This document shows, piece by piece, positions 1-7,973 of a stretch of DNA of 11,634 nucleotides. Every line of letters starts with the position of its first letter. Within the stretch, counting starts at the first letter, position 1. The notes beneath the pieces are model-generated. The model was given only the letters and a program-made list of their open reading frames with translations, searched no databases and was not told the DNA's origin. This stretch comes from an uncultured Deinococcales bacterium (lineage in GTDB: Bacteria > Deinococcota > Deinococci > Deinococcales > JAAFIG01), in assembly GCA_964244895.1 (NCBI GenBank), contig CAXTKV010000172.1, forward strand, positions 1 to 11,634, read 5' to 3'. The translations under genes were made by a program, and so were the position numbers.

Positions 1-95
1 CTCGAGCCGAGATCGGACGTGATCGAAAACCTTCTTCTCTGCGCTCGGTGGCCGAGAGGTCCCGCAAGATTTGGGCGTGTTACGGTACTCACGTA

Positions 96-1592
96 ATGAC
101 CATCGCCGCCCGAACTCGCCTGGCTGATCTGATGATGGCGACGGCTGCGGCGACCGATCTGGGCATGGGTCAGCCCATCGGCAGCGCGGTCAAAGCCTGT
201 TGGCTCGCCACGCGTGTCGCGCAATTGTTGCCGCTCGGATCGCTCGAGCAGCACGACGTGTACTACCTGGCGTTGCTGCATTTTTTGGGCTGTACAACGA
301 ACGCCAGCGCGTTCGCGGCGTTCACGGGCAACGATACGCTCGCAATGCAGCGCATCCTCGTGCACCACATGGGCGCGCTACCGCACGCCCTCGAGCCTCG
401 CTTGCCGCAACCCTTGCCGATGATGAACCCAGAAACGGCGCTCGAGGCGAACCGCTCGAGTTGCGATATCGCGGCCCGGCTGGCGTTGTCGTGCGGGTTG
501 AGCGCGAGCGTGCAAGCTGGACTCTGGCAATTGTTTGAACACTGGGATGGGACGGGCTTACCGTCCGGTCTTCGGGGCGAGTCCATTTTCACCAGCGTTC
601 AGGTGGTACAGATCACTCGAGATTTCGTGACGTTCTCGGATTTGCTCGGCGTGGAGGCCGCGAGAACGGTGCTGCACACGCGTGCCGGGCAAAGTTTTGA
701 CCCAGCCTTAGTAGAGGCGTTCGACGCGTTGGTCGTGAACTTGATGGCGGAACTGAACGCGGTTCCGTCAGTGCGAGAGGCAACCGTCAAGCTCGAGCCT
801 GCACCGCAGATGGAGGTGGACGCGAACGGCGTGAACGGCGTTCTCGAAGCGTTGTCCGACTTCGCCGCCTTGAAATCCCCGTGGTCGCGCGGCCACGCCC
901 GCTCTGTGGCTGACTTGGCGGCTCGAGTCTCGGTGATGCTGGGCGAGGACGGGAATCTGCTGCGGCGCGCGGCCTTAATAAAGGATGTCGGACACGCAGC
1001 CCTGTCCGCGTCGCTGCTGAATAAGCCCGGACGCTTGTCGGACCTGGAGTGGGAGCAAATTCGTTTGCACCCGTACCATAGTGAACGGGTGTTGAACAGC
1101 GCATCGCATCTCGGGTCGCTCGTCAATCTGGTGGCGGTTCACCACGAGCGCTTGAACGGCAGCGGTTATTACCGCAGCTTGCCCGCCGCCATGCTGAACT
1201 TACCGGCGCGGATTCTGGCGGTCAGCGACGTGTGCCAGGCCATGTTCCAGGACCGTCCTCATCGGGCCAAGCTCGGCCAGCCCGAGATCAAACGCGCGTT
1301 GCTCGAGGGGTGCGAACGGGGCTTGTTCGATGTCAACGCGGTTGAAGCGACCTTGAGCGTTCTCAACCACGGCGTGACGCACACTCGAGTTCACGCGCCC
1401 GGCGGGTTGAGCCCTCGAGAGGTCGAGGTCTTGCGCCTGCTGGCTCGAAGCGAATCCAACCGATCGATCGCCGAACGGTTGGGCATCACGCCCAAAACGG
1501 TTGGGCATCACGTCCAGCACATCTACGAGAAATTGAACGTCAACACCCGCGCGGCGGCGACCCTGTACGCCATGCGGCATCATCTGCTCTGA
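96..1592 (+). CDS. HD-GYP-like (tandem HD) domain transcriptional regulator with C-terminal LuxR HTH
   Basis: Two HD-GYP-like repeats (LFEHWDGTGLPSGLRGESI; HHERLNGSGYY...ILAVSD...DRPHR) and a LuxR HTH (GLSPREVEVLRLLA...IAERLGITPKTVGHHVQHIYEKL). ATG at 96 is preferred over GTG at 48 because the family-like N-terminus (RLADL...ATDLGMGQP) begins just after it. Confidence 0.9.
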   Translation: MTIAARTRLADLMMATAAATDLGMGQPIGSAVKACWLATRVAQLLPLGSLEQHDVYYLALLHFLGCTTNASAFAAFTGNDTLAMQRILVHHMGALPHALEPRLPQPLPMMNPETALEANRSSCDIAARLALSCGLSASVQAGLWQLFEHWDGTGLPSGLRGESIFTSVQVVQITRDFVTFSDLLGVEAARTVLHTRAGQSFDPALVEAFDALVVNLMAELNAVPSVREATVKLEPAPQMEVDANGVNGVLEALSDFAALKSPWSRGHARSVADLAARVSVMLGEDGNLLRRAALIKDVGHAALSASLLNKPGRLSDLEWEQIRLHPYHSERVLNSASHLGSLVNLVAVHHERLNGSGYYRSLPAAMLNLPARILAVSDVCQAMFQDRPHRAKLGQPEIKRALLEGCERGLFDVNAVEATLSVLNHGVTHTRVHAPGGLSPREVEVLRLLARSESNRSIAERLGITPKTVGHHVQHIYEKLNVNTRAAATLYAMRHHLL

Positions 1593-1598
1593 GCGCGT

Positions 1599-1616
1599 AT
1601 CGGGTGTTCGCCCGAT
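1599..1616. promoter_or_regulatory. 18-bp palindrome ATCGGG-N6-CCCGAT, putative LuxR/NarL-type operator
   Basis: Perfect 6-bp arms just after the regulator stop codon. No U-tract follows. A candidate -10 box TATCGT lies at 1639-1644. Confidence 0.5.
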
Positions 1617-1676
1617 GCGACGAACGGGATGCAGTGCATATCGTGATTCCAGGCATGAATGTGCCGAGGAGGAATC

Positions 1677-2276
1677 ATGAAAGGCACGATCTTGGTGTTG
1701 GGTGTCGGTGCGATGGTGGTTGCGACCGGGGCGTTCGCATCGCTGAATTTTCGTCCCTCGAGCGCGGATCAAAACATGCAAGCCATGAAACACGCGGCGG
1801 TGGACCAAGGGCACGAGATGTATCAACCCGCGTATTTGAACAACCGCCTGGTGCAATTTGCCAATCTCGGCGCGGCCCCGAAGGGCATTCCGGCCAATAA
1901 GATTCGCACCATCTACGAGACGGAATACCCGACGGGCTGGCAGGAACTGCTCGCTCGCCCCTTGTGCGATTACTGTGATCATTTCGGCGATGGTGAGAAC
2001 GCCTGGGACTATCACGATCACATTCTGGACGGTCTGCCGAGCCAAGCCGATAACGATGCGAAAACCGTCTACTGGAACGTGGTACATATTCAACCGTCGT
2101 ACTCCAAGGACGCCACCAAAAACGCCCAGATCAGTCAGGCGTACGCGGCGCTGTTGCCCGCGCAATCGGTCAGGGATGTCAAAACACTGCTTTCGGCCAA
2201 GTTATCGGATGGTTCACCGATCGCTACGGCGATGGATTTGAAATACGTCTTCATCGCACCGTTGACCCGTAAATAA
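1677..2276 (+). CDS. Secreted hypothetical protein (199 aa) with CxxCxH and HDH motifs
   Basis: Strong RBS GAGGAGG before ATG 1677. Signal peptide MKGTILVLGVGAMVVATGAFA. Motifs CDYCDH (residues 97-102) and HDH (113-115). Confidence 0.8.
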   Translation: MKGTILVLGVGAMVVATGAFASLNFRPSSADQNMQAMKHAAVDQGHEMYQPAYLNNRLVQFANLGAAPKGIPANKIRTIYETEYPTGWQELLARPLCDYCDHFGDGENAWDYHDHILDGLPSQADNDAKTVYWNVVHIQPSYSKDATKNAQISQAYAALLPAQSVRDVKTLLSAKLSDGSPIATAMDLKYVFIAPLTRK

Positions 2277-2331
2277 TCTGCATCTCGCGCATGGCTGATC
2301 GAAAGCTCCAGCACCACTCTTTGGAAAAGGA

Positions 2332-2391
2332 AGAACACCGTCCCACACACGAATCCTGAATCTCGAGAAAATGCGTTTGGGACAGTGTTCT
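2332..2391. repeat. Intergenic inverted-repeat family, copy A
   Basis: AGAACACCGTCCCACACAC...GCGTTTGGGACAGTGTTCT, with CTCGAG in the loop (2362) and at the right end (2390). Confidence 0.7.
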
Positions 2392-2403
2392 CGAGAATGC
2401 ACG

Positions 2404-2434
2404 AAAAAGCGGGAGACTTACAGCCTCCCGCTTT
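2404..2434 (-). terminator. Intrinsic terminator of sucCD
   Basis: The minus strand reads AAAGCGGGAG-GCTGTAAGT-CTCCCGCTTTTT, 14 nt after the sucD stop. Confidence 0.85.
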
Positions 2435-2448
2435 ACCTCGAGCCGAAT

Positions 2449-3336
2449 TTACAGCCCCAGCACTTCTTTGGTGAGCGTCACGATCTGATCCATCGTGTCG
2501 GCCACAGGAACCTTGGCTTTCGCCATCGCGTCGAGTTTGCTCTCCGCCGTGCCGACGTTGCCCATGATCAGCGCGCCCGCGTGACCCATGCGCTTGCCTT
2601 TCGGTGCGGTGCGGCCCGAGATGAACGCGATCACGGGTTTGTTCATGTGCGTTGAAATCCACTCGGCGGCCATTTCCTCGTCCGCACCGCCGATCTCGCC
2701 GATCATGACGACCGCATCCGTATCGGGGTCATCGTTGAACATCGGCAAGAGGTCGATGAAGGTCGTGCCGATGATCGGATCGCCACCGATGCCGACGACC
2801 GTGCTGCACCCGACGCCCGCCGCCGCGAGCATTGCGGAAGCTTCATACGTCAGCGTGCCCGATCTCGAGATCATGCCGACGCGCCCGGCCTTGAAGGTGC
2901 TGGCGGGCATGATCCCGAGCTTGCACTCGCCGGGCGTGATCAGTCCGGGACAGTTGCCGCCGATCAATCGCACGCCGGGCAGTTCCTTGATTTCCTTGAC
3001 GACGCGCATCATGTCCAGCACCGGCATGCCCTCGGCGATGTTGACGATCAACGGCACGCCCGCGTGCGCCGCCTCGAGCGTCGCGTCCGGTGCGGCGGCG
3101 GGCGGCACGAAGATGATGCTGGCGTCGATCTGGTGGTGCGTCCTGGCCTCACTGACGCTGTTGTAGACGGGAATCTTGTGACCGCCAGCCTCGAAGACCT
3201 GACCGCCCTTACCTGGGGTAGAACCAGCCACGACCTTCGTGCCATATTCGAGCATTTTTTCGGCGTGGAACGCGCCCTCGCGCCCCGTAATGCCCTGCAC
3301 CAGCACGTTCGTGTCCTTGTTGACGAGGATGCTCAC
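2449..3336 (-). CDS. sucD: Succinyl-CoA synthetase alpha subunit
   Basis: Motifs [36 protein letters not shown] and the phospho-His motif MGHAGA. GTG start overlaps the sucC stop (GTGA). Confidence 0.98.
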   Translation of the reverse strand: MSILVNKDTNVLVQGITGREGAFHAEKMLEYGTKVVAGSTPGKGGQVFEAGGHKIPVYNSVSEARTHHQIDASIIFVPPAAAPDATLEAAHAGVPLIVNIAEGMPVLDMMRVVKEIKELPGVRLIGGNCPGLITPGECKLGIMPASTFKAGRVGMISRSGTLTYEASAMLAAAGVGCSTVVGIGGDPIIGTTFIDLLPMFNDDPDTDAVVMIGEIGGADEEMAAEWISTHMNKPVIAFISGRTAPKGKRMGHAGALIMGNVGTAESKLDAMAKAKVPVADTMDQIVTLTKEVLGL

Positions 3337-4472
3337 GATTTCGCCCCCTTGACTTCGTTGACCACGGCGGTCGCGGCTTCCATCATGGTCGGGTACATGT
3401 TGATCGGTTTGCCTTCCAGCAAGGCGTTGGCTTCCTCTACCGCCGTACCCGCCACGCGCATGGCCAGCGGCTTGGTCAGGATGCCCTCGTCCAGGGCGCG
3501 CAGCACGCCCTTGGCGACCTCGTCGGCGCGGGTGATGCCGCCGAAGATGTTGATCAGGATGCCCTTCACGTCGGCGTCCTTCAAGACCAATTTGACCGCG
3601 TTGTACACGACATCGGCTTTTGCGCCGCCGCCGATGTCCAGGAAGTTAGCGGCCTTCCCGCCGACCCTGGAAACCACGTCCAGGCTGGTCATGACCAGTC
3701 CCGCGCCGTTGCCGATCACGCCAATGTTGCCATCGAGCTTGACGTAGGCGAAGCCGTACGCGCTGGCCTCGACCTCTAATGGGTGTTCAGCCTCGAGTTC
3801 GCGGTAGGCCATCAAATCGGGGTGGCGGCTGAGCGCGTTGTCGTCCAGGTCAATCTTGGCGTCCGCCGCGATCACATCGCCGGAGGTCGTGATCACCAAG
3901 GGGTTGATCTCGGCCAAGCTGGCGTCCACACCAGCGCAGGTGTTCCACAGACCGACCATCAACGACGCGATCTTGTTGAGGTTGCCCTCTAAACCAGCCT
4001 TGACGGCGACATCCCTGGCCTCGAAGGGGCGCAGGCCCTTGATCGGGTCGATCGCGAAGCGCGTGATCGCCTCCGGGTTGGTGGCCGCGACCTCCTCGAT
4101 GTCCACGCCGCCTTCCTTGGAGACCATCAAGGTGTAGGACTGCACGTTGCGATCCACGATCAACCCGCAGTAGTACTCCTTGGCGATATCGACGGCTTCC
4201 GCGACCAGCACCTTCTTGACGGTCAACCCTTTAATGTCCATGCCCAGAATGTCGCTGGCGCGTTCATAGGCTTCGTTGGCGTCCTTGGCGAGCTTGACGC
4301 CGCCCGCCTTGCCGCGACCGCCGACGTGCACCTGCGCCTTGATGACGGTCATCTTGCCGACGCCAGTGGCGATGGCCTTGGCCTCCTCGGGCGTGTAAGC
4401 GACCTTGCCCGCCGGTACGGGCACACCGAACTTGGCGAGCAGTTCTTTCGCCTGGTATTCGTGAAGTTTCAA
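3333..4472 (-). CDS. sucC: Succinyl-CoA synthetase beta subunit
   Basis: Motifs [47 protein letters not shown] and NIFGGI. TTG start at 4472 with RBS AAGGAGG at 4478-4484. Confidence 0.98.
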   Translation of the reverse strand: MKLHEYQAKELLAKFGVPVPAGKVAYTPEEAKAIATGVGKMTVIKAQVHVGGRGKAGGVKLAKDANEAYERASDILGMDIKGLTVKKVLVAEAVDIAKEYYCGLIVDRNVQSYTLMVSKEGGVDIEEVAATNPEAITRFAIDPIKGLRPFEARDVAVKAGLEGNLNKIASLMVGLWNTCAGVDASLAEINPLVITTSGDVIAADAKIDLDDNALSRHPDLMAYRELEAEHPLEVEASAYGFAYVKLDGNIGVIGNGAGLVMTSLDVVSRVGGKAANFLDIGGGAKADVVYNAVKLVLKDADVKGILINIFGGITRADEVAKGVLRALDEGILTKPLAMRVAGTAVEEANALLEGKPINMYPTMMEAATAVVNEVKGAKS

Positions 4473-4523
4473 AGGGTCCTCCTTGGTGAACGGCGTCCCT
4501 TGGGACGGCCTCAAACGCCCGCG

Positions 4524-4529
4524 AGTATA
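4524..4529 (-). promoter_or_regulatory. Putative -10 box (TATACT) of sucCD
   Basis: Near-consensus hexamer about 50 nt upstream of the TTG start. No convincing -35 box. Confidence 0.55.
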
Positions 4530-4627
4530 CGCCGTGGACGGGTCTGAGAACCCGGTGTGCCCGACGCGGTAACGAGGCGCGGGTCGGGCGCTCGAGAAAC
4601 GCCCCGTCAGATGGGTGAGGCGCGAAA

Positions 4628-4675
4628 GAATACCGTCCAGTACGCGCTTTCAGCTTTGTGTCGTGGACGGTGTTC
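4628..4675. repeat. Intergenic inverted-repeat family, copy B
   Basis: GAATACCGTCCA...TGGACGGTGTTC, between divergent genes. CTCGAG at 4591 and 4689. Confidence 0.7.
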
Positions 4676-4782
4676 CACCCAGCGCGTTCTCGAGACCCCG
4701 GCGATGGTCGCCGGATTCTTCTGGAAACCGCCAGCAGGAACCCTCGCGCGCGAGTTGCTACCGATCGCGAATTCAGCAGCTT

Positions 4783-4796
4783 CCGACCTAAGTCAG
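4783..4796. promoter_or_regulatory. Putative response-regulator box CCGACCTAAGTCAG
   Basis: Imperfect palindrome, 12/14 identical to 5536-5549. Confidence 0.4.
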
Positions 4797-4869
4797 ATAA
4801 CCAACGACGGTATCCACGGCATCCGCGCGCTGCGTAGCGTAAGGCGCAATCCACCCCGGAGGGAAGCGC

Positions 4870-5316
4870 ATGAATGCAAAACGGGCACTGATGGGATCGC
4901 TGGTCTTCGCAAGCCTGGTCGGAGGATTCTTCGTACCGAACGCCTCGGCGCGACCCGGTTTCAGGGCCGTGGTCGCGGAACAATTCAAGCTGGCCGACAA
5001 GGACGGCAAGATCGATTCAGTCACGTGTCAGTACTGCCACGCCAACGCGGGCGGCGGTGCCCCGTGGAACACATGGGGCGATACGGTGCGCGAGCAGATC
5101 AAGGGTGAAGCCAAAGGCAACATCGGTGACGCGCTCTACCTGGCGCTCAAAGCCAACAAGGACAGCGACGGCGACGGCTACCCCGACGCGCTCGAGGTGG
5201 TCGCCAAGACCATGCCGGGCGACGAGAAATCCAAGCCCACCCAGTCGGTCGCGGCGCTCGAAGACGAATTGGCGAAGATCGGCGGCCTGGACGCATTCAA
5301 GGCGAAAGCCAAGTAA
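4870..5316 (+). CDS. Secreted monoheme c-type cytochrome with DSDGDG (TSP3-like Ca-binding) motif
   Basis: RBS GGAGG. Signal peptide ending ASA at residue 27. CQYCH heme-attachment motif at nt 5026-5040. Also GGGAPWNTWG and KDSDGDGYPDALE...TMPGD. Confidence 0.8.
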   Translation: MNAKRALMGSLVFASLVGGFFVPNASARPGFRAVVAEQFKLADKDGKIDSVTCQYCHANAGGGAPWNTWGDTVREQIKGEAKGNIGDALYLALKANKDSDGDGYPDALEVVAKTMPGDEKSKPTQSVAALEDELAKIGGLDAFKAKAK

Positions 5317-5399
5317 ATCCCGCCAGGGTTCTCGTCCCTGGAACCTCCGGTTCGTGCCGCTCCAGCAGATTGCCACCCCGCGAGTCTCGAGGCGCGACC

Positions 5400-5455
5400 C
5401 TCAATAGACCGTTTGGGACAGGTTTTATGAATCGGGTTCCGGACGGGCTTTTGAG
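5400..5455. repeat. Intergenic inverted-repeat family, copy C (degenerate)
   Basis: CTCAATAGACCGTTTGGGAC...GTTCCGGACGGGCTTTTGAG. Several mismatches are G-U compatible on the + strand. CTCGAG at 5386. Confidence 0.55.
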
Positions 5456-5535
5456 TTGTGCCGCTTTGAAATTCGGCACCAGGGGCGCAACGAGACGCGC
5501 CGCTTTTGAATCCACCGACAGCGAGCCGCCTCAGC

Positions 5536-5549
5536 CCGACCAAAGTCTG
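5536..5549. promoter_or_regulatory. Putative response-regulator box CCGACCAAAGTCTG
   Basis: Matches 4783-4796. Centred about 30 bp upstream of a candidate -10 box GATAAT (5573-5578). Confidence 0.45.
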
Positions 5550-5594
5550 GTTGCGTTCCGATCTCGAGCGCCGATAATGGACTCGAGGTGCGGC

Positions 5595-7019
5595 ATGCGC
5601 GCACGACGAAGCCTGGTAAAACTCAGCCTCAGGCAGCAGTTCAACCTCTGGAGCCTGCTCGTGCTGGTGGCGGGTGCGCTCGGGCTGGGCTGGTGGGTCG
5701 GGCGCGAGATCGAGGTCAGCGTGGTCAACCGCACGGCGGCCACCACGGCGCTCTACATCAACAGTTTCCTGGAGCCGCAACTGCAGGAACTGGGAACCCA
5801 ACCGTTCCTTTCGACCACCCGCTTCGCGGCGCTCGACCGCCTGCTGAACGAGACGCCCCTGCACGAACAAGTCGTCAGGTTCAAAGTCTGGGGTCGCAAG
5901 GGGCTGGTGCTGTACTCCTCGAACATCGCGCAGGTCGGGCAACGCTTCCCGGTCGAAAACGACCTGGGGCTGGCCTGGAAACAGGGGCTGGTGTCCACCG
6001 ACATCACGACCCTGGACAAGGCCGAAAACATCGGCGAGCGCAAAGTGCGACCGCGCCTGCTCGAAACCTACGCGCCCGTGCGCTTGCGCGGTACCAACCA
6101 GGTGATCGCCGTGGCAGAATTTTACGCGATCATGGATGACCTCGAGCGCGAGATCTCAGCGGCCAAATGGCGCAGTTGGTTGGTGGTCGGGCTGATCTCG
6201 CTGGGGACGTACTTGCTGCTGATCGGTTTCGTTCAACGCGCCAGCAACACGATCCTGCACCAGCAGGACGAACTCGGCGCGAAAGTCACCGATCTGAACG
6301 CGGCGCTCGGGCGCAACGAGGAGTTGACCGAGCGCGTCAGGCGCGCCGCGACCCGCACGACCGCGCTCAACGAACGCTACTTGCGCCGCATCAGCGCCGA
6401 ACTCCACGATGGCCCCGCCCAGGACTTGAGTTTTGCGCTGCTGCGGCTGGATACGGCCATGAACCACGCGGGCGAGCAGTCGAAGCTCAATCACGACCTG
6501 GAAGTCATGGAAGGTTCCCTGAAACGCGCGGTGGTCGAGATGCGCGCCATCGCCAGCGACCTGCGCCTGCCGGAACTCGAGGGCCTGAGCCTGAAAGCCA
6601 CGCTCGAACGGGCTGTGCGCGACTTCGAGCGCCGCAGCGACGCCCGTGTCAGCCTGCGCCTGGGCGACATCCCGGAGCGCGCACCGTTGCCCGTCAAGAT
6701 CACGATTTTTCGCATCGCGCAAGAAGCCCTCAACAACGCCTTTCGCCACGCGGGCGGCGCGAATCTGACAGTCAGTCTCGAGCGGGCGGCGGACGCGCTC
6801 CGGCTCGAGATCGCGGATCGAGGACCGGGATTCATCTGGACCGAAAGGATCGGCGAAGGACACCTCGGGTTGATCGGCATGCGCGAACGCGTCGAAAGTC
6901 TCGGCGGGGAATTCCAGCTTCAGAGCGCGCCGGGGCACGGCACCAGGGTGATCGCCCGATTGGGGCTGCTCGAGGCGCTGATCGAAGATTCGAAGCTGAC
7001 GGAGGTCGAACACGCATGA
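5595..7019 (+). CDS. Membrane sensor histidine kinase, HisKA_3 (NarX/UhpB-like) class
   Basis: Two TM segments flank an extracytoplasmic domain. H-box ELHDGPAQ, N-box QEALNNAFRHA, DRGPGF and GLIGMRERVESLGG. ATG 5595 follows GAGGTG. Confidence 0.95.
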   Translation: MRARRSLVKLSLRQQFNLWSLLVLVAGALGLGWWVGREIEVSVVNRTAATTALYINSFLEPQLQELGTQPFLSTTRFAALDRLLNETPLHEQVVRFKVWGRKGLVLYSSNIAQVGQRFPVENDLGLAWKQGLVSTDITTLDKAENIGERKVRPRLLETYAPVRLRGTNQVIAVAEFYAIMDDLEREISAAKWRSWLVVGLISLGTYLLLIGFVQRASNTILHQQDELGAKVTDLNAALGRNEELTERVRRAATRTTALNERYLRRISAELHDGPAQDLSFALLRLDTAMNHAGEQSKLNHDLEVMEGSLKRAVVEMRAIASDLRLPELEGLSLKATLERAVRDFERRSDARVSLRLGDIPERAPLPVKITIFRIAQEALNNAFRHAGGANLTVSLERAADALRLEIADRGPGFIWTERIGEGHLGLIGMRERVESLGGEFQLQSAPGHGTRVIARLGLLEALIEDSKLTEVEHA

Positions 7020-7696
7020 ACCCGACGAACGACGACGGCATCCGACTGGTGATCGTCGACGATCACCCGCTCTGGCGCGAGGGCGTGATCTCGACCCTTC
7101 AGGCGGACGCGAAAACCCGCCCCGCCATCCAGGTGGTCGGCGAGGGCGCGAGCGCCGATGAAGCCTCGCAGCTCGCCTCGAGTTTGCTGCCCGACATCTT
7201 GCTGCTGGATCTGAACCTGCCCGGCGGCGGACTGAACGCGGCGCGCGCCGTGTCTCGCGCCTTTCCCGTCACGAAAATCGTCATGCTGACCTTCAGCGAG
7301 CAAGAGGACGACGTGCTGGCCGCGCTCAAGGCGGGCGCCCGAGGGTACATCCTGAAGGGCGTTTCCGGTCGCGAACTGCGCGAGATCGTGCGCACGATTC
7401 ACGCCGGAGAGGTCTACGTCGCGCCCGGCCTGGCCGCCGCGCTCTTGCGCGAGATGGCCTCTGGAGCGCCCAAACCGCCGGATGCCGCCAGCCTGCTGGA
7501 CGAACTGACGCCGCGCGAACGCCAGATTCTGGAACTGGTCGCGGCGGGCAAGAGCAACAAGGAGATCGGTGGGCAACTGGATCTGACCGAGAAGACCGTC
7601 AAGCACTACATGACCAACATCTTGCAGAAGCTTCAGGTCAGAAACCGCGTCGAAGCGGCGCTGCTGGCCCAGAAGGTCGCTTCCGACCAGCGTTGA
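7016..7696 (+). CDS. NarL/FixJ-family response regulator (REC + LuxR HTH)
   Basis: Motifs VIVDDHP, LLLDLNLP, MLT, GYILKG and LTPRERQIL...SNKEIG...EKTVKHYMTNILQKL. ATGA overlap with the kinase stop. Confidence 0.96.
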   Translation: MNPTNDDGIRLVIVDDHPLWREGVISTLQADAKTRPAIQVVGEGASADEASQLASSLLPDILLLDLNLPGGGLNAARAVSRAFPVTKIVMLTFSEQEDDVLAALKAGARGYILKGVSGRELREIVRTIHAGEVYVAPGLAAALLREMASGAPKPPDAASLLDELTPRERQILELVAAGKSNKEIGGQLDLTEKTVKHYMTNILQKLQVRNRVEAALLAQKVASDQR

Positions 7697-7752
7697 AGAC
7701 CGTCCAGCACGCATTCTCAGAGCGTTCGGGAAGATCGTCCCGGACGGTTCTT
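7696..7752. repeat. Intergenic inverted-repeat family, copy D (possible terminator of the two-component operon)
   Basis: AAGACCGTCCAGCACG...CGTCCCGGACGGTTCTT, starting at the response regulator stop codon. Confidence 0.65.
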
Positions 7753-7973
7753 TACCGTTCCTTCAGCCCGCGCACGAGCATCCTTGCACTGTTCTCGAAG
7801 TCCACCGAGAACACCTTCCGAACACCGCCGGCGAGCCGAACACGCGCCGATAATGCGAGTTCAGGCCGGGTTCAGCCCGAACACCGCCGAGGCTCAGGCC
7901 GAAGTTTTACCTTCAGCCAACCACGGTTCGAGGGTTCGCGGAACCCGCCGACGGTCAAACGAAGGAGGCTCAG

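Noticed and set aside
1..6. CTCGAG abundance as an XhoI cloning or assembly artefact
   Set aside because: Sites fall inside intact, family-conformant reading frames in all three frames without breaking them.
1965..1982. CDYCDH as a heme c attachment site
   Set aside because: The His is not adjacent to the second Cys, so it is not CxxCH.
1200..2165. Long antisense or alternative-frame ORFs (e.g. 1200-2165, 4264-4983, 6156-7013, 8663-9538, 10234-10938)
   Set aside because: They are shadows of well-supported genes in high-GC DNA, with no motifs or translation signals.
5323..5341. CCAGGG-N7-CCCTGG hairpin after the cytochrome stop as a terminator
   Set aside because: The stem is only 6 bp and has no U-tract, which is too weak to call.
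5370..5594. 75-aa N-terminal extension of the kinase ORF
   Set aside because: It runs through the repeat and promoter motifs. RBS and TM1 position favour ATG 5595, although GTA/other nearby positions are not start codons and ATG 5577 is a minor alternative.
6167..7015. 509-aa ORF extending the response regulator upstream through the kinase in another frame
   Set aside because: The extension is Arg/Ala/Pro-rich off-frame sequence of a GC-rich gene. The REC domain starts at ATG 7016 with a standard ATGA overlap.
7681..7696. TTCCGACC at the response regulator 3' end as a third regulator box
   Set aside because: Only the left half matches and it lies in coding sequence.
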